Source: Bdellovibrionota bacterium (GTDB lineage: Bacteria > Bdellovibrionota > Bdellovibrionia > Bdellovibrionales > Bdellovibrionaceae). Taken from it: DNA of 24,000 bases. The notes beneath the pieces are model-generated. The model was not told where the DNA came from and did no database searches. It saw only the letters and a program-made list of their open reading frames with translations. A program made the translations under genes and the position numbers. Below, one piece after another: positions 22,271 through 24,000 of this stretch. How positions within the stretch are numbered: position 1 is the first letter of the stretch; the number at the start of each line of letters is the position of its first letter. The DNA lies in contig JAZKGG010000007.1 of assembly GCA_040386015.1 (NCBI GenBank), positions 160,153-184,152 on the forward strand. Reading direction: 5' to 3'.

Positions 22271-23089
22271 ATGGTTGATCAATTCGATGAACTTGAAGAA
22301 AAAACATCAACAGGCAAACGCCTGGGCATGTATGTTTACATTTTACCCAATCTAGTCACAATCGGAAATTTATTCTGCGGTTTTTTTTCAATCATCAGCA
22401 CGTTTCAAAAAGAATATAAAACGGCTGCGATCGCAATCGTGATTGCCGCCATTTTTGACACTTTGGATGGCCGCTTAGCTCGTTTAACTCGTGCCACTTC
22501 AAAGTTTGGTGCTGAGCTAGATTCATTATGTGATGCAGTCAGCTTCGGTGTAGCTCCCGGAATATTAATGTATTTTTGGGCATTACAACCATTTGGCCGT
22601 TTAGGTTACATGGCAAGCTTTCTATTTGCGGCGTGTGGAGTTTTACGTCTTGCACGCTTCAACGTGCAGGTGGGCGTGGTTGAAAAAAACTATTTCCAAG
22701 GTTTGCCGATTCCAATGGCTGCCGGCATTATCGCTTCAGCGTATTTAGCGTTTGAAGATATGGGCTGGATGGCTGAAGGCAGTATTCCTTTATTAGCCGT
22801 TACAATTTTATTAGCATTTGTGATGGTTTCTAACTTTAGATACCGTTCATTTAAAGATATCGATTTAAAACAACGTCTGCCGTTTAGGTATTTAATCGCT
22901 GGAGTGATTGTTTTATTTGTCGTCGCACTTCGTCCTGAGATGATGCTGTTTGTGTTATTCTTCGGTTACGCAGCGCTTGGCGCAGTTTTTGGAATTTTTC
23001 GTTGGGGAAAAAATCGTAAAACATTACCTGCTAGTGTTTATGCTCCAGCGAATACAAATGAACAAGATTTACAAGAAGAGGTCGACTAA
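22271..23089 (+). CDS. pssA: CDP-diacylglycerol--serine O-phosphatidyltransferase (272 aa)
   Basis: The CDP-alcohol phosphatidyltransferase motif D-G-x2-A-R-x8-G-x3-D-x3-D is present as DTLDGRLARLTRATSKFGAELDSLCD. The N-terminal PNLVTIGNLFCGFFSI is typical of type II PssA. Confidence 0.85.
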   Translation: MVDQFDELEEKTSTGKRLGMYVYILPNLVTIGNLFCGFFSIISTFQKEYKTAAIAIVIAAIFDTLDGRLARLTRATSKFGAELDSLCDAVSFGVAPGILMYFWALQPFGRLGYMASFLFAACGVLRLARFNVQVGVVEKNYFQGLPIPMAAGIIASAYLAFEDMGWMAEGSIPLLAVTILLAFVMVSNFRYRSFKDIDLKQRLPFRYLIAGVIVLFVVALRPEMMLFVLFFGYAALGAVFGIFRWGKNRKTLPASVYAPANTNEQDLQEEVD

Positions 23090-24000
23090 TGAAACCTTGG
23101 AAAAAAGCTTTAAAAGTTGGCTTAGTGGGCGCCACTGGCGTTGTCGGTGAAACTTTCATTAACATGTTAGAAGAGTATGCTTTACCTATTGAAGAGCTTC
23201 GCCCGTTTGCTTCGCTAAATTCATTGGGTGTAATGCTTGAATTAGCGGGTAAAGAATGGGCTTGTCAGGTTTTAAAACCGGGCTGTTTTGATGGCCTTGA
23301 TATGGTTTTCTTTTCTTCAGGTGATGACATCTCTAAAGAATGGGCTCCACAAGCTGTAAAAGCTGGCGCATTTGCTATCGATAATTCAAATGCATTTCGT
23401 ATGGATGAAGGCATTAACCTTGTAGTTCCAGAAGTAAATGGCAATTTACTTGATCAAAATTCTAAACCACAAATTATTGCTAACCCAAATTGTTCAACGA
23501 TTCAGCTAGTTGTAGCCCTTAAGCCATTACAAGATAAATTCGGCGTAAGTGATGTGACAGTTTCTAGTTATCAAGCGGTAAGTGGTGCTGGGCTTCCAGG
23601 TTTTGATGAATTATTAAATCAAACAAAGAATTTTCAAACTCCTGATCATGAACCTAAGATTTTTCCTAAACAAATTCTTTTTAATTGTATCCCGCAAATT
23701 GGTGGCTTTGGTGAAGATGGTTTCTGTACTGAAGAAACTAAAATCATGAATGAAACCGTTAAAATCATGGGCGATAAAGACATCAAAGTGTCTGCATTTA
23801 CAGTACGTATTCCAGCTTTAAACGGACACTCAGAAGCGGTGTGGGTTACTTTAAAAAAATCGGCTTCAAAAGAGGAAGTGATCAACGCTTTAGGATCTTT
23901 TGAAGGTTTAGCAGTTATGCAAGATGATTATCCAACAGCATTAGATGTTTCTGGAGAAGAACCAGTTTTTGTTGGCCGTATTCATCAAGATCGCAACAAT
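23089..24000 (+). CDS. asd: aspartate-semialdehyde dehydrogenase, N-terminal 304 codons (continues past the window end)
   Basis: Absent from the ORF track because there is no stop in the window. My translation reads MKPWKKALKVGLVGATGVVGETFINML... It contains IANPNCSTIQLVVALKPL (active-site Cys) and SSYQAVSGAG. The ATG overlaps the pssA stop (TAATG). Confidence 0.92.
   Translation, partial: MKPWKKALKVGLVGATGVVGETFINMLEEYALPIEELRPFASLNSLGVMLELAGKEWACQVLKPGCFDGLDMVFFSSGDDISKEWAPQAVKAGAFAIDNSNAFRMDEGINLVVPEVNGNLLDQNSKPQIIANPNCSTIQLVVALKPLQDKFGVSDVTVSSYQAVSGAGLPGFDELLNQTKNFQTPDHEPKIFPKQILFNCIPQIGGFGEDGFCTEETKIMNETVKIMGDKDIKVSAFTVRIPALNGHSEAVWVTLKKSASKEEVINALGSFEGLAVMQDDYPTALDVSGEEPVFVGRIHQDRNN

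Noticed and set aside
1-24000. CRISPR arrays, IS elements or transposases, integrases, and rRNA or tRNA genes
   Set aside because: I saw no regularly spaced repeats, no transposase- or integrase-like ORFs, and no rRNA- or tRNA-like sequence on either strand.

Overview
This is a 24-kb chromosomal window from a low-GC Gram-negative bacterium. The gene content (DivIVA, outer-membrane beta-barrels, ExbB/ExbD, many FHA proteins) resembles Bdellovibrio-like or delta-proteobacterial lineages, but taxonomy cannot be verified from sequence alone. I call about 28 protein genes. I saw no rRNA, tRNA, CRISPR array, transposase or integrase. Housekeeping genes sit at the edges and centre: valS (partial, runs off the left edge), a rhodanese-MFS pair, divIVA, proC, a Maf-YggS fusion, exbB-exbD, a CdsA-like gene, pssA and asd (partial, right edge). 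The most unusual content is a tightly coupled six-gene plus-strand operon at 10545-17359. It encodes a lone TadB/TadC-like (T2SS-F) platform protein, a DUF192 protein, three consecutive membrane-anchored FHA-domain proteins and a small unknown protein with a weak, degenerate PP2C-like pattern. One FHA protein has a kinase-less TM-sensor-TM-HAMP-PAS architecture and another has tandem FHA domains. No secretion ATPase, pilin, secretin or Ser/Thr kinase lies in the window. Secondary points of interest follow. (1) An AT-rich AAA+/DUF4143 ATPase gene and a 13-bp direct repeat duplicating the proC stop region interrupt a yggS-proC-divIVA neighbourhood. (2) maf and yggS are fused in frame. (3) A sulfatase-fold protein lacks the C-x-P-x-R motif. 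(4) A small-gene islet at 4941-5620 has an operator-like triple 8-mer, an extended -10 element and a strongly Shine-Dalgarno-led 31-codon ORF missing from the ORF track. All functional calls rest on motifs I read in the translations. No database search was possible.
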